The notes below the pieces were generated by a model. It did not search any database, had not been told where the DNA came from, and saw nothing but the letters and a program-made list of their open reading frames with translations. The translations under genes and the position numbers were made by a program. Positions 45,828 through 54,167 of a DNA stretch of 64,000 bases are shown piece after piece (positions within the stretch are counted from its first letter, which is position 1; each line of letters begins with the position of its first letter). The stretch comes from Bacteroidota bacterium (GTDB lineage: Bacteria; Bacteroidota; Bacteroidia; Sphingobacteriales; Sphingobacteriaceae): positions 10,013 to 74,012 of the forward strand of contig JAMFRP010000030.1 of the NCBI GenBank assembly GCA_026224775.1, in the 5' to 3' direction.

Positions 45828-46532
45828 TTATGGATGTAAGTTGAGATCAACTGCCGGTTCGTTTTTACGTCTGGCCAGGGCGTAACCCAATAATGCAAGA
45901 CCCGGAAAAAGCACAGCGGTCAGTCCGATTAATTTTGCTAAAATGCCACCGCAGAGGCATCCCACCAAAAACCCAATGATCGTGACCAAACCATGTATTA
46001 AACTATTCCTGACATCCATATCCTGAAAGCCAGCTGTTATCACCTTGCCCAGATCCAATGCCGCCTGAGTTACATTCCCCGTCATCATTGTGGTTGGCCC
46101 ATAAGTCTCCTTTCCATACAGCTTTCCAAAAGCATTCTGAAGCCCCATCGCAAAAACTATACACATGGCCATGACCAGGCTTACCCATTCCATCCCTTGC
46201 TGTCCGGTCATTAAAAGGATCAGGCAGATTACGCCGGTTGCGGTCAAAATAGCACCCTGTAACAGTAATAAGGTGCACGCCTGCACCTGCCGGGAGGCAA
46301 TTGCCCCACCGGTGATAACAGCCAGAATAAATACCGGGAAGCTTAACAGTTTAAGCCAGGCTTCAGTATCTGCGTGTTTGATGATATCGTACGCGAAGAC
46401 AATAAAGTTTCCCGTTACATGTGCTGAAAATAGCTCATTAACGGAGACGAAGGTTACCGTGTCACAGTAGCCGGCAGTTATTGCGAGCAAAATCGTGATG
46501 TACACGATCGTTTTTGGCCGTTCCATATTCAT
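45828..46532 (-). CDS. YoaK/DUF1275 family membrane protein
   Basis: AGYCDTVTF..LFSAHVTGNF, AMGLQNA, TTMMTGNVTQ. Confidence 0.92.
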   Translation of the reverse strand: MNMERPKTIVYITILLAITAGYCDTVTFVSVNELFSAHVTGNFIVFAYDIIKHADTEAWLKLLSFPVFILAVITGGAIASRQVQACTLLLLQGAILTATGVICLILLMTGQQGMEWVSLVMAMCIVFAMGLQNAFGKLYGKETYGPTTMMTGNVTQAALDLGKVITAGFQDMDVRNSLIHGLVTIIGFLVGCLCGGILAKLIGLTAVLFPGLALLGYALARRKNEPAVDLNLHP

Positions 46533-47006
46533 TTACTTTAAATGCGCTCTTAACATCCAGGCCATTTTCTCATGATCTTCCATCAGTCCGGTTACATAGT
46601 CGCTCGTTCCAAGATCTTTAAGCTCGTTTGCGAAAATGTTGATATTTTCTCTGAGGTGTATGATGAGGCTTTCATGATCAGCCAGCAGTTCACGGATATA
46701 GGACAAGCTGTCATTTGTATTTTCCTGGCGTTCAGAAAAATGCGTCAGGTCAAGGAATATTTTTAGCGTGCCGGTTGCAAAATGGCCCAATGAACGGACA
46801 CGTTCCGCCACACTATCCATGATCTCATCCAACTGCTGATACTGGCTTTCAAAAAACACATGTTTGGTATGAAAATCCGGCCCTTCAATATTCCAGTGCG
46901 CATTGCGGGTTTTGGTGTACAGCACGTATTCATCTGCCAGAATAATGTTCAGTGCCTGTGCGACTTTGCTTAGATTTTCTGTGGAAATGCCAATGTTAGG
47001 TTTCAT
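46533..47006 (-). CDS. dps: DNA starvation/stationary phase protection protein Dps
   Basis: LADEYVLYTKTRNAHWNIEGPDFHTKHVFFESQY..D..AERVRSLG..HEKMAWMLRA; start ATG 47006 (the 47162 start overlaps DoxX). Confidence 0.95.
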   Translation of the reverse strand: MKPNIGISTENLSKVAQALNIILADEYVLYTKTRNAHWNIEGPDFHTKHVFFESQYQQLDEIMDSVAERVRSLGHFATGTLKIFLDLTHFSERQENTNDSLSYIRELLADHESLIIHLRENINIFANELKDLGTSDYVTGLMEDHEKMAWMLRAHLK

Positions 47007-47022
47007 TTTTTTATAGTATAGA

Positions 47023-47457
47023 TTAGTTTTTAAATAAGTTGAGATAGATGTAGTGATCGGCTGAGATACTCCCCGGTCCCATAAAAAGCAGAAACAGGAA
47101 ACACACGGTATAGGTGTAAGGAACATCCCTGATTGCGATAGGGTCGTCGCGGTGGACCACAAAATAGCCGATGGAAGTCACCCCGATTGTTGGCAAAATA
47201 GCCAGTCGCGTACCGATACCCAAAATAACCAGCGCCGGGACAACCGTATCGGAAAATGTGGCTACGAGATTGTTAAGTGCTTGCGGTAAGCCAAGTGGAT
47301 TAGGTACCACTTCAGGCTTACCATTGTTTCCGCGAAACTTTTTCAGCCCGTGTACCCGAAAAAGCTCAACTGCAAGCAATACCCTGAAGCCGAACACTGC
47401 CCAGTTGTTGATTGAGCTGCCCGCATCGGTGAAAAGTATTATTTTTAAGATTTCCAT
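47023..47457 (-). CDS. DoxX family membrane protein
   Basis: FRVLLAVELFRVHGLKK..LVILGIGTRLA..GPGSISAD. Confidence 0.88.
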   Translation of the reverse strand: MEILKIILFTDAGSSINNWAVFGFRVLLAVELFRVHGLKKFRGNNGKPEVVPNPLGLPQALNNLVATFSDTVVPALVILGIGTRLAILPTIGVTSIGYFVVHRDDPIAIRDVPYTYTVCFLFLLFMGPGSISADHYIYLNLFKN

Positions 47458-47474
47458 GTCGGTGTGTTAAAGGA

Positions 47475-49394
47475 TTAAAATGCAAAGCAGGAGCAACCCA
47501 GGGCACCCCAGAACGCGCTGAAGTTATTAATAGGCACGTCACTCATGCGGGCGGCATTGTGATTATGACCGTGCACGCCGCAGCTGCCGATACACTGGTG
47601 AATTGCAGTGACGATGTTCAGCTTTTGTATCGCTTCCTGTTCCTTTCGCTGAACTGCAATCGCTTGTTTTGATCTTGCCAATTCCAGATTATTGCTCCCC
47701 GGGTAATAGCCGTTATAAATTTTTACAGGAGACCAGTCGGGCAGTATAGGTATAACCGGAGGGGTATGACTTTTAAAATCGCCTATCGCGTAAACAATCT
47801 TTCCATCGACTACCGTCAATTCAGCTTCAATGGACTTAATTTCTTCATCGGTAACCGTAAAGTAGTCTTTGTTTAACACAACAAGATCTGCCAGCTGACC
47901 GACCTTAATGCTGCCCTTCTTATGTTGCTCATTGGAAAACCAGGCGCTCCCCCTGGTATATAGCTCCAATGCCGTTTCCCGGCTTATTCTTGAATTTTGG
48001 TGAAACAGTTCCATGCCCCCCACTGTTTTTCCGGAAGAGAGCCAATACAGCGCAACCCATGGATTATAGCTGGAAACGCGGGTAGCATCAGTTCCTCCGC
48101 CGACAGGTATTTCCATATCGAGCATTTGTTTAACGGGAGGCGTGGCACCTGCCGCCTCAAGGCCATATCGGCCTGCGAAATTCTCCCCCTGGAAAGCCAT
48201 CCGGTTCTGAATAGCGATACCTCCCCCAAGCGCTTTTACCCGCTCCATATTTTTTTCATCTATGGTTTCTGCGTGATCAAATATCCAGGGCAACCCATCA
48301 AAAGGGATTTCCCGGTTAATTTTTTCAAATACATTTAAAAAACGAGTGATACTTTCATTATAGGTGGCGTGCAGGCGAAAAGGCCACCGGTTTTCAACCA
48401 ATAAATTAACTACCCTTTCCAGTTCTTCTTCCATAAGTTCGGGCAAATCCGGGCGGGGCTGAACAAAGTCTTCGAAATCGGCAGCTGAAAATACCAGCAT
48501 TTCCCCTGCCCCGTTATGGCGGTACATGTCATCACCCTGATAGAGCTTTACAGTCTTTGTCCAATTGTCAAAATCCTCCTTTTCCTGGTTAGGATGCTGG
48601 GTGAAAAGATTATATGCAATACGCACGGTAAGCTGGCCCTGCTCATTTAGCTCCTCGACGATTTTGTAGTCATCCGGGAAATTTTGAAAACCACCACCTG
48701 CGTCAATAACGCTGGTAATTCCAAGGCGATTCATTTCCCGCATATAGTGCCGGGTAGAGTTCACCTGGTGTTCATAGGATAATTTAGGCCCCTTAGCCAG
48801 GGTCGAATACAGTATCATCGCATTCGGCGTGGCCAAAATAAGCCCGGTAGGTTCGCCATTGGCATCATATTCAATCTGACCACCTTTTGGCGAGGGTGTA
48901 TCTTTATTAAAACCCACCACTTTTAAAGCAGCCCGGTTCAAAAAAGCCCGGTCGTAAAGATGCAGTATAAAGACCGGGGTATCCGGTGAAAGGTCGTTAA
49001 TCTCCTTTAGAGTGGGCATTCTGCGTTCGGCGAATTGGAATTCGGTCCAGCCGCCTACTACCCTCACCCATTGGGGCGAAGGTGTACGATCTACCTGTTC
49101 TTTAAGCATCCGGAGCGCATCCGCCAGCGACGGCACGCCGTCCCACCGCAGCTCCAGATTATAATTCAGGCCGCCACGGATTAAATGAGTGTGTGAGTCA
49201 TTAATTCCCGGAACCACAGTTTTCTTTTTGAGGTCGATCTTTATAGTAGTATCTGCCGCGAGCAGCATTACACTCGCGTCATCTCCAACGGCTATAAATT
49301 TGCCGTCACTAATCGCCACCGCTGTAGCTTTAGGCGCATCTCTGTCAACGGTATGAATTGCACCATTGTAAAGGATCATATCAGCTTTTTTCAT
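47475..49394 (-). CDS. Amidohydrolase 3 family metallohydrolase (YtcJ-like)
   Basis: VVPGINDSHTH, FRLHATY, FDHAET, GGTDATRV, GSIKVGQLADLVVL. Confidence 0.93.
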   Translation of the reverse strand: MKKADMILYNGAIHTVDRDAPKATAVAISDGKFIAVGDDASVMLLAADTTIKIDLKKKTVVPGINDSHTHLIRGGLNYNLELRWDGVPSLADALRMLKEQVDRTPSPQWVRVVGGWTEFQFAERRMPTLKEINDLSPDTPVFILHLYDRAFLNRAALKVVGFNKDTPSPKGGQIEYDANGEPTGLILATPNAMILYSTLAKGPKLSYEHQVNSTRHYMREMNRLGITSVIDAGGGFQNFPDDYKIVEELNEQGQLTVRIAYNLFTQHPNQEKEDFDNWTKTVKLYQGDDMYRHNGAGEMLVFSAADFEDFVQPRPDLPELMEEELERVVNLLVENRWPFRLHATYNESITRFLNVFEKINREIPFDGLPWIFDHAETIDEKNMERVKALGGGIAIQNRMAFQGENFAGRYGLEAAGATPPVKQMLDMEIPVGGGTDATRVSSYNPWVALYWLSSGKTVGGMELFHQNSRISRETALELYTRGSAWFSNEQHKKGSIKVGQLADLVVLNKDYFTVTDEEIKSIEAELTVVDGKIVYAIGDFKSHTPPVIPILPDWSPVKIYNGYYPGSNNLELARSKQAIAVQRKEQEAIQKLNIVTAIHQCIGSCGVHGHNHNAARMSDVPINNFSAFWGALGCSCFAF

Positions 49395-49412
49395 AGCAGG
49401 AAGTTTAATAGT

Positions 49413-50162
49413 TTAATTATGACGGTCTTTCAAATACTGTTTAATAGCAACCCCTGAAGGATCGTAGAATGCCTGACCGGCTAACATGGTGATCTTCACC
49501 AGCGGCTTTTTCGATGTAGCATGTTTGCTCTGCAGGTAGAGGTCTGTTTCATAAGCCTCAAAAGCGCCTTTCACCACATTCGTAGCCACTAATCCGGTAG
49601 GTGAATCAATTCCGCCATCTTTCAGGTCACTGCCATGCGCATAACTGCTTACACCCAGCACTAAAGCTTCCCGCATCCCGATACGGCCGATATCAATCAT
49701 CAGGTCAGGCGTAAACTTGGTACGGTCACCAAGACCTATTAATAGCAAACGTTTCGCGCCTATTGTCCCTTTCGGAGGAGTGATAAGCAGCGTTTCCCGC
49801 AAATGGCCTGAAAACTTTCCGCTTTTTCTCAGGTCCTGGATTAGCCCGTTCAATTGCTTATCTACATGTACAATACCATTTGCCGCTGCCGGTAACGCCG
49901 GTGGGGAGGTAAAAATATCATTCTCTGTATATTCAAATAAGCAAATCACCTGTAATGGCGTCACTTCGTTAGAAGGACTTTGCACCATGCCTTCAATGGC
50001 TATACCGTCTATCTTTCCGAAAATGCTGTGCGTCCCGACAGGTTCTAATGTCACTGGGTGAGTACTAGGAGTCTGGGCCATAGCCGTTGCCGATAATAGC
50101 AAGCAGACAAATAAAATATAATGCGTTTTAAAGCGATTAAATAATCCTTGATTTGATTTCAT
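49413..50162 (-). CDS. Exported stand-alone M17 aminopeptidase N-terminal-like domain protein
   Basis: Signal peptide; VDKQLNGLIQDLRKSGKFSG..ETLLITPP..KRLLLIGLGD; no catalytic domain follows. Confidence 0.75.
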   Translation of the reverse strand: MKSNQGLFNRFKTHYILFVCLLLSATAMAQTPSTHPVTLEPVGTHSIFGKIDGIAIEGMVQSPSNEVTPLQVICLFEYTENDIFTSPPALPAAANGIVHVDKQLNGLIQDLRKSGKFSGHLRETLLITPPKGTIGAKRLLLIGLGDRTKFTPDLMIDIGRIGMREALVLGVSSYAHGSDLKDGGIDSPTGLVATNVVKGAFEAYETDLYLQSKHATSKKPLVKITMLAGQAFYDPSGVAIKQYLKDRHN

Positions 50163-50180
50163 GATGGTTCTTATTAGTTT

Positions 50181-51584
50181 TTAAAATTTAAATGATATTC
50201 TTGAGTTGGTTTCTACTGCATTTTTATGATTCGGTATTTCCGCATTTATATATGGCCCGGTTTTGAAGTACTGCAGGCCGAAATCCACGCTAAGAAATGC
50301 GTTAAAGACATAACTGACTTTTGCCAGGTAATCCGTTCCGATGTACTTTTGTGTGGTTCCGTCCCCGGTAAGATTAAATGCGCCGCTGGGACGATAGATA
50401 CCATCATTGACCGAATAACGCCAGTTGTAAACGATATCTGCCAGGAAAGTCAAACCGGGACAAACCTGAATAGAAGCGTAAGGGTGAATATCTATTAGGT
50501 TGACCGGGCCGATTTGCGGATCAAAACCAAAATAGCCACCTTTCGGATAGATCGGGTTAAAGGTCTCCAGGTCACCGCCGCTTTTATTGCCGCCACCTGA
50601 GATATAGTCGTTCCTTAACCCAAAAGCTGGCCTAGATTTAAGATCAGCGAAGATATAGCCCAGGTCAAAAGAAGCCGTCCAGGCGCTAATGCTCTGACCA
50701 CTGAATTTGCCAAACTGATAGGCGGCTTCAATGTCATAAACGAATCCGTTATTATTTTTCCAGAGCCTGCCGCCTATGGTATGTCTGACCTCGTTACCCG
50801 TACCCTCATTATAAACAACACTGTCCTTCCGGTTGCCGATGTAATAGAAGTCCACGTTCTTATTCCCCTCCAGGTTTAGCGTTGAGTAGAAGCCCCAAAG
50901 ATTGACCTGTTTGGTCATTTGATTATCAAATACCCCCGGTTTCACCTGATCGGCCTCCATCGCGAAAGCGTCGACTGACAGGTTCTGATATTTGTAAATT
51001 GCTTTTAATCCCGTAAAATAAAGCCGGACATTGGGGCCCTCCCTAACGGATATCAGTCTTCCGGCACCGTAATTCAGTTCCTGTCTTCCCGCCCTGATAA
51101 TCAGGGAGTCTTTACTGCTGCGCCATATCTTCAGATCGGCAAAAAGATTTTGGACATTCAGCTGGTCTTCATCAATTGGCCTCGGCCCCATCGGGCGACC
51201 ATTCTCCAGGGCGCTCCTGAGCTGGAAAAAGATTCTGAAGTCGTTTCCAAATTCCCAGTCGGTATGCAGGTCATAGCGTTGCAGATAAAAATTGTCGTGA
51301 CCCGCATCAACTTTGCCCCAGTCCTCATTGTCAAAAGCATCAAATTCTTGTCGTGCTTCACCACCTATTGATAGAAAATCATTGCCATTAGCCGACAGTG
51401 GTATAAATTTAATATGATTATAAAAGCTCAGCGTAGTATCCGTTTTAAGATTGCTGTAATTTTCATCATACCGCATCAATTGAAAATTTTGCCCAAAAGC
51501 CGAACCCGCCGTCGATAGGGATAGGATCAAAAAGAGCCAAATAAAACAGGTGAAAAAATTCGTCGAAGTAAGTTTGGAAAACAT
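50181..51584 (-). CDS. Alginate-export-family (AlgE-like) outer membrane porin
   Basis: Signal peptide; RYDENY..KFIPL; LIIRAGRQELNYGAGRLISVREGPNVR; FNPIYPKG; ends RISFKF; likely start ATG 51584. Confidence 0.88.
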   Translation of the reverse strand: MFSKLTSTNFFTCFIWLFLILSLSTAGSAFGQNFQLMRYDENYSNLKTDTTLSFYNHIKFIPLSANGNDFLSIGGEARQEFDAFDNEDWGKVDAGHDNFYLQRYDLHTDWEFGNDFRIFFQLRSALENGRPMGPRPIDEDQLNVQNLFADLKIWRSSKDSLIIRAGRQELNYGAGRLISVREGPNVRLYFTGLKAIYKYQNLSVDAFAMEADQVKPGVFDNQMTKQVNLWGFYSTLNLEGNKNVDFYYIGNRKDSVVYNEGTGNEVRHTIGGRLWKNNNGFVYDIEAAYQFGKFSGQSISAWTASFDLGYIFADLKSRPAFGLRNDYISGGGNKSGGDLETFNPIYPKGGYFGFDPQIGPVNLIDIHPYASIQVCPGLTFLADIVYNWRYSVNDGIYRPSGAFNLTGDGTTQKYIGTDYLAKVSYVFNAFLSVDFGLQYFKTGPYINAEIPNHKNAVETNSRISFKF

Positions 51585-51633
51585 TAGCTGAATAATTAAC
51601 GGAGACAGACAAATGCCTGCCTCCTTGGATAAT

Positions 51634-52266
51634 TTAGTGAGCAAGCATTTTTTGAGCGTATTGAATACCATTTCCATAGGCTCCGCCATATCTTTTCATC
51701 AGGTCATTAACCGGATAATAGGTATCTAACCTGGCCCAGTCACGTTGAAGTTCAAGGCAATATTGTATGGCAGTCACTGGTTGTGCTCCCGCCTGAATCA
51801 TCCGTTGTACTGCGCGTTCATGTGCCTCTACACTCACGTCTCCGCAAGCATCTGTAATCACATAAACTTCGTATCCTTCGTCTATGGCAGATAAAGCGGG
51901 CCCGACAATACACACGCCTGTCCATAAGCCGGCCATGACGATTTTTTTATTCCCTTTGCCGGTTATAGCCTTATAGGCGGCTGCATCTTCCCAGGTATTC
52001 ATCGTTGTACGATCCAGGTAATTGCTGCTTGACTTGGGGTAAATATCTTCCACTTCCTGAAATACCGGCCCACTAAAAATCTCCTCCTTAACAGTGGTCA
52101 CTATTGTCGGAACGTTAAATATTTTCGAAGCCCCCGCAACAATAGCAGTGTTCGTCCTTAGTTCGCTCATCGCTATGCTATTGGTAGCAAAGCCCATTTG
52201 ACCTTCGAAGTCAATAAGTACAAGGGTGTGATTTCCCGGCGTTAAAAGTTTCTCTGATGGTTTCAT
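51634..52266 (-). CDS. ycaC: YcaC-like isochorismatase-family cysteine hydrolase
   Basis: LVLIDFEGQM (Asp), RTTMNTWED, AGLWTGVC (Cys), TDACGD..AHE.A..RM.QAGA..ELQRDWAR; likely start ATG 52266. Confidence 0.88.
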   Translation of the reverse strand: MKPSEKLLTPGNHTLVLIDFEGQMGFATNSIAMSELRTNTAIVAGASKIFNVPTIVTTVKEEIFSGPVFQEVEDIYPKSSSNYLDRTTMNTWEDAAAYKAITGKGNKKIVMAGLWTGVCIVGPALSAIDEGYEVYVITDACGDVSVEAHERAVQRMIQAGAQPVTAIQYCLELQRDWARLDTYYPVNDLMKRYGGAYGNGIQYAQKMLAH

Positions 52267-52296
52267 ATTTAAAAGCAATTAATTTCACGGCACAGA

Positions 52297-52392
52297 ACCA
52301 AGTAAAATGCCAAGCATATAAAATGCTTTATATCAACTATTTATAAAATAAAAACCTTATCTACTTTAGTCATATTTAAAGAATTAGCGATT
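52297..52392 (-). promoter_or_regulatory. Enhancer + IHF-like + sigma54 promoter module for the ycaC-cyd operon
   Basis: TGGCATTTTACTTGGT on minus (52297-52312); TATCAACTATTTA (52331-52343); TTTAA-AGAATTAG-CGATT (52375-52392); spacer 62 nt. Confidence 0.7.
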
Positions 52393-52570
52393 TTTACTAA
52401 CGAAAAGGCTCCTTTGCGGAGCTATAATACCGGGATTAAATTCTATGATTTCTACCTGTTTTAGATAACCTTAAGTATACTATTAAGTACCAATTCATGT
52501 TTGGGCTACAGGTTTACCGGACAAAAAACAGCACGGGCAAAGAATACCAAAAGATTGCTTCACACAGATA

Positions 52571-52664
52571 TATCGCAAAAAAGCGAAATATGACTAAACC
52601 CAGCAATTACGAAAATTCACAACAAACTGATTAACTGATATTTAGTCAACGGGCATGAGATTGG
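52571..52664 (+). promoter_or_regulatory. Enhancer + IHF-like + sigma54-like promoter module for the sORF and HD-Pycsar gene
   Basis: TATCG-CAAAAAAG-CGAAA (52571-52588); AATCAGTTTGTTG on minus (52620-52632); CGGGCATGAGATTGG (52650-52664); spacer 61 nt. Confidence 0.55.
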
Positions 52665-52689
52665 ACTATCGTTCCAAAATAATTAAGAG

Positions 52690-52791
52690 ATGGAAAATTT
52701 ATTATTTTATACGACACGGGTTATCCTTTTTTGCTGCATGCTGATTATTATTTATATCACCACCCAGCCGGAATTAGATCCATTCGAATGA
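52690..52791 (+). CDS. Candidate 33-aa single-TM small protein (not in ORF track)
   Basis: Manual translation MENLLFYTTRVILFCCMLIIIYITTQPELDPFE; ATG 25 nt after the promoter module. Confidence 0.5.
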   Translation: MENLLFYTTRVILFCCMLIIIYITTQPELDPFE

Positions 52792-52887
52792 TCGATACAG
52801 CGGCGGCGCAGCCATCGGAGCAATATAATAGCAGGTAAACTTTCGTTTTTCCACCTATCAGGTAATGGTTCAAAACTTAAAAAAACT

Positions 52888-54123
52888 ATGACAAATTTTA
52901 CAAAACTCAATAAGCAACTTGCCAAATTTATCGGCACTTACTATAAGGAGCATAAGCGTCCTGGGATAATTTTTCATACGGAAGCCCGGACCACTTCTGT
53001 TGTTAAATACGCGCTAAAAGCAGGCAAATTCTATGAGCTGCCCGCCGAAGAGCTTTTCACAATTGCCGCAGCCTGCTGGTTTCATGCCATAGGCTATCTG
53101 CATAAAGGAGATGATCCTTTGGCCAAAAGCACTGAGATAGCAGTAACCTGCCTGACAAAGTTGGAAGTAGCGCCGACTATCATAAAATCTGTCGGTCACC
53201 TGATCACATCCACCAGAGATGGGGTAATTCCTTTGACTTTATCAGAAGAAATCATTTCAGATGCTATACTTTCTTATTTTGCCGGCAAAATATTCCTCAA
53301 AACAAACGAACTCAGGAGAAAAGAAACCGAGATTTTAGAAAACAGGACGATCACCAAAAAAGACTGGCTTTCAGAAACACTCAACCTACTAAAAGAAAAG
53401 GAGTTCTTCACCGACTATTCCCGGTCACTGTCTGGAAAGAAATATGGTGATAACCTCACCGTTCTTGAATTCAAGGTAAATAAGAACAAGGCAGTGGAGC
53501 CCGTTGCCAGTAAAGACGAACCTGGTTTAGCCATAAGCAATGAGGGAAAAAAGAAAAAGGAAATGCCCGAGAAAGGGATTGAAACCATGTTCAGGATACT
53601 TTCTGGAAACAACCAACGATTGAGAAGCCTGGCGGATAATAAAGCGCACATCCTGATTACGGTAAATTCGATCCTGCTGTCAGCAATTATCAGCCTGTTG
53701 CTGCGAAAAGTTGGAGATAATGCCTATTTAATTGTACCAACCATTATAACACTAACGGTCAGCCTGGTATCAATGACATTTGCCATTATGGCGACTCGTC
53801 CTAAGGTGCCAATCGTTCATTCTTTACGCACCAAAGACGGAAAGATTGATGACCTGATGTTTTTTGGCATTTACTACAAAATGGACGTTGAAGAATACAC
53901 CAATCAAATGTTCAAGGTAATGGGTGACTGGAATTTACTGTACAGGACAATGATCATGGATATTCATTCACAGGGAATGATGGTAAGGACAAAATTTCAG
54001 TTTTTGAAATGGGCTTATAATGTTTTTTTGTTTGGGCTTGTTGTAGGGGTGCTTGGTTTTATCATTGCAATATTAATCCATTCCCCAACTACTGTTCCAC
54101 CTATTACCGGCGTTAATAAATGA
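52888..54123 (+). CDS. Degenerate HD domain fused to a Pycsar-effector-like (DUF5706/PycTM) membrane domain
   Basis: C-terminal GIETMFR..LADNKAHILITVNSILLS..ATRP..LMFFG..L.R.M..DI..G..K..L..AYNVFLFG with three TM segments; N-terminal HD fold reads WFHAIGY instead of WFHDxGY. Confidence 0.85.
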   Translation: MTNFTKLNKQLAKFIGTYYKEHKRPGIIFHTEARTTSVVKYALKAGKFYELPAEELFTIAAACWFHAIGYLHKGDDPLAKSTEIAVTCLTKLEVAPTIIKSVGHLITSTRDGVIPLTLSEEIISDAILSYFAGKIFLKTNELRRKETEILENRTITKKDWLSETLNLLKEKEFFTDYSRSLSGKKYGDNLTVLEFKVNKNKAVEPVASKDEPGLAISNEGKKKKEMPEKGIETMFRILSGNNQRLRSLADNKAHILITVNSILLSAIISLLLRKVGDNAYLIVPTIITLTVSLVSMTFAIMATRPKVPIVHSLRTKDGKIDDLMFFGIYYKMDVEEYTNQMFKVMGDWNLLYRTMIMDIHSQGMMVRTKFQFLKWAYNVFLFGLVVGVLGFIIAILIHSPTTVPPITGVNK

Positions 54124-54167
54124 GTATCGGCAAATTAATGGTCATTGCTCAAAGATTTGCAGATCGC

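Noticed and set aside
52888-54123. Calling a complete Pycsar anti-phage system
   Set aside because: No pyrimidine cyclase gene is adjacent or anywhere in the window.
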